Shown here in pieces: positions 25,440 to 25,752 of a stretch of DNA of 25,752 nucleotides; the first letter of the stretch is position 1, and the number at the start of each line of letters is the position of its first letter. Source of the DNA: Deinococcaceae bacterium (GTDB lineage: Bacteria > Deinococcota > Deinococci > Deinococcales > Trueperaceae); contig JBDZWC010000010.1 of assembly GCA_040256005.1 (NCBI GenBank), positions 1 through 25,752 of the forward strand, read 5' to 3'. The notes beneath the pieces are model-generated. The model saw nothing but the letters and a program-made list of their open reading frames with translations. It had not been told where the DNA came from and made no database searches. Both the position numbers and the translations under genes were made by a program.

Positions 25440-25752
25440 AGGAAGAAGGACGGCGAGGAACTGAGCGTCACGGCGAGAACGAGCCTTGGCTCGAGGACGC
25501 CGATGCCGCGGTCGCCGCGGAGGTGATGACGTCGTCGCTGGAGCCGGCCGAGCTGCCCGCCGGCGGCTGGGAACGGTTGCAGGCGGCTCTCGCCACCCCG
25601 GTAGCGGTGGACGAACCGGAAGAGCCCGCGGTGGGGCGAGACGGACGCGGCCCTGCGGCCGCTGCGCCGGCCGCTGACCTGCCGTACCGGAGGTCGTGGC
25701 CGGGGTTCGCCTGGGCGGCCGCGGCCGCGGTGATCCTGGTGGTCGCCGGGCT
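25436..25752 (+). CDS. Putative membrane anti-sigma factor (RskA-like), partial
   Basis: Not in the ORF track. GTG overlaps the sigma stop (GTGA); frame is open to the window end: MKEEGRR...LEPAELPAGGWERLQAAL...RRSWPGFAWAAAAAVILVVAG (start of a TM helix). Confidence 0.8.
   Translation, partial: MKEEGRRGTERHGENEPWLEDADAAVAAEVMTSSLEPAELPAGGWERLQAALATPVAVDEPEEPAVGRDGRGPAAAAPAADLPYRRSWPGFAWAAAAAVILVVAG

Noticed and set aside
1..25752. CRISPR arrays, tRNAs, IS elements, integrases, reverse transcriptases
   Set aside because: No repeat-spacer periodicity, cloverleaf or corresponding protein motifs seen by eye.

Overview
GC-rich bacterial chromosomal window, most likely Deinococcota (Truepera-like). 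This is inferred from a 23S rRNA gene unlinked from 16S, a DdrH-like gene, many apparently leaderless genes and a non-lipoprotein solute-binding protein. Contents in order: 5' end of 23S rRNA (minus) with its own promoter and boxB/boxA; a 5'-truncated MmcQ/YjbR-like remnant; a DUF6220-like membrane domain fused to cytochrome c; sugar-phosphate isomerase; K+/H+ antiporter; mgsA-ddrH; OsmC; 5-formyl-THF cyclo-ligase; a carbohydrate ABC module converging on a creatininase-family amidohydrolase and a non-canonical ArgH-like C-N lyase; two tandem MFS paralogs; a lower-GC VapBC45-like toxin-antitoxin insertion; a GNAT/flavin amine oxidase/gabT/gabD operon divergent from potBC-like permeases; an S9 peptidase; an ECF sigma/anti-sigma pair (truncated). 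Best novelty candidates: (1) a putative acetylation-dependent polyamine-to-succinate route, (2) a ~185-nt multi-stem, riboswitch-like leader in front of it, (3) the DUF6220-cytochrome c fusion, (4) the C-N lyase/amidohydrolase catabolic pair. All family calls come from motif recognition by eye; no searches or folding programs were run.
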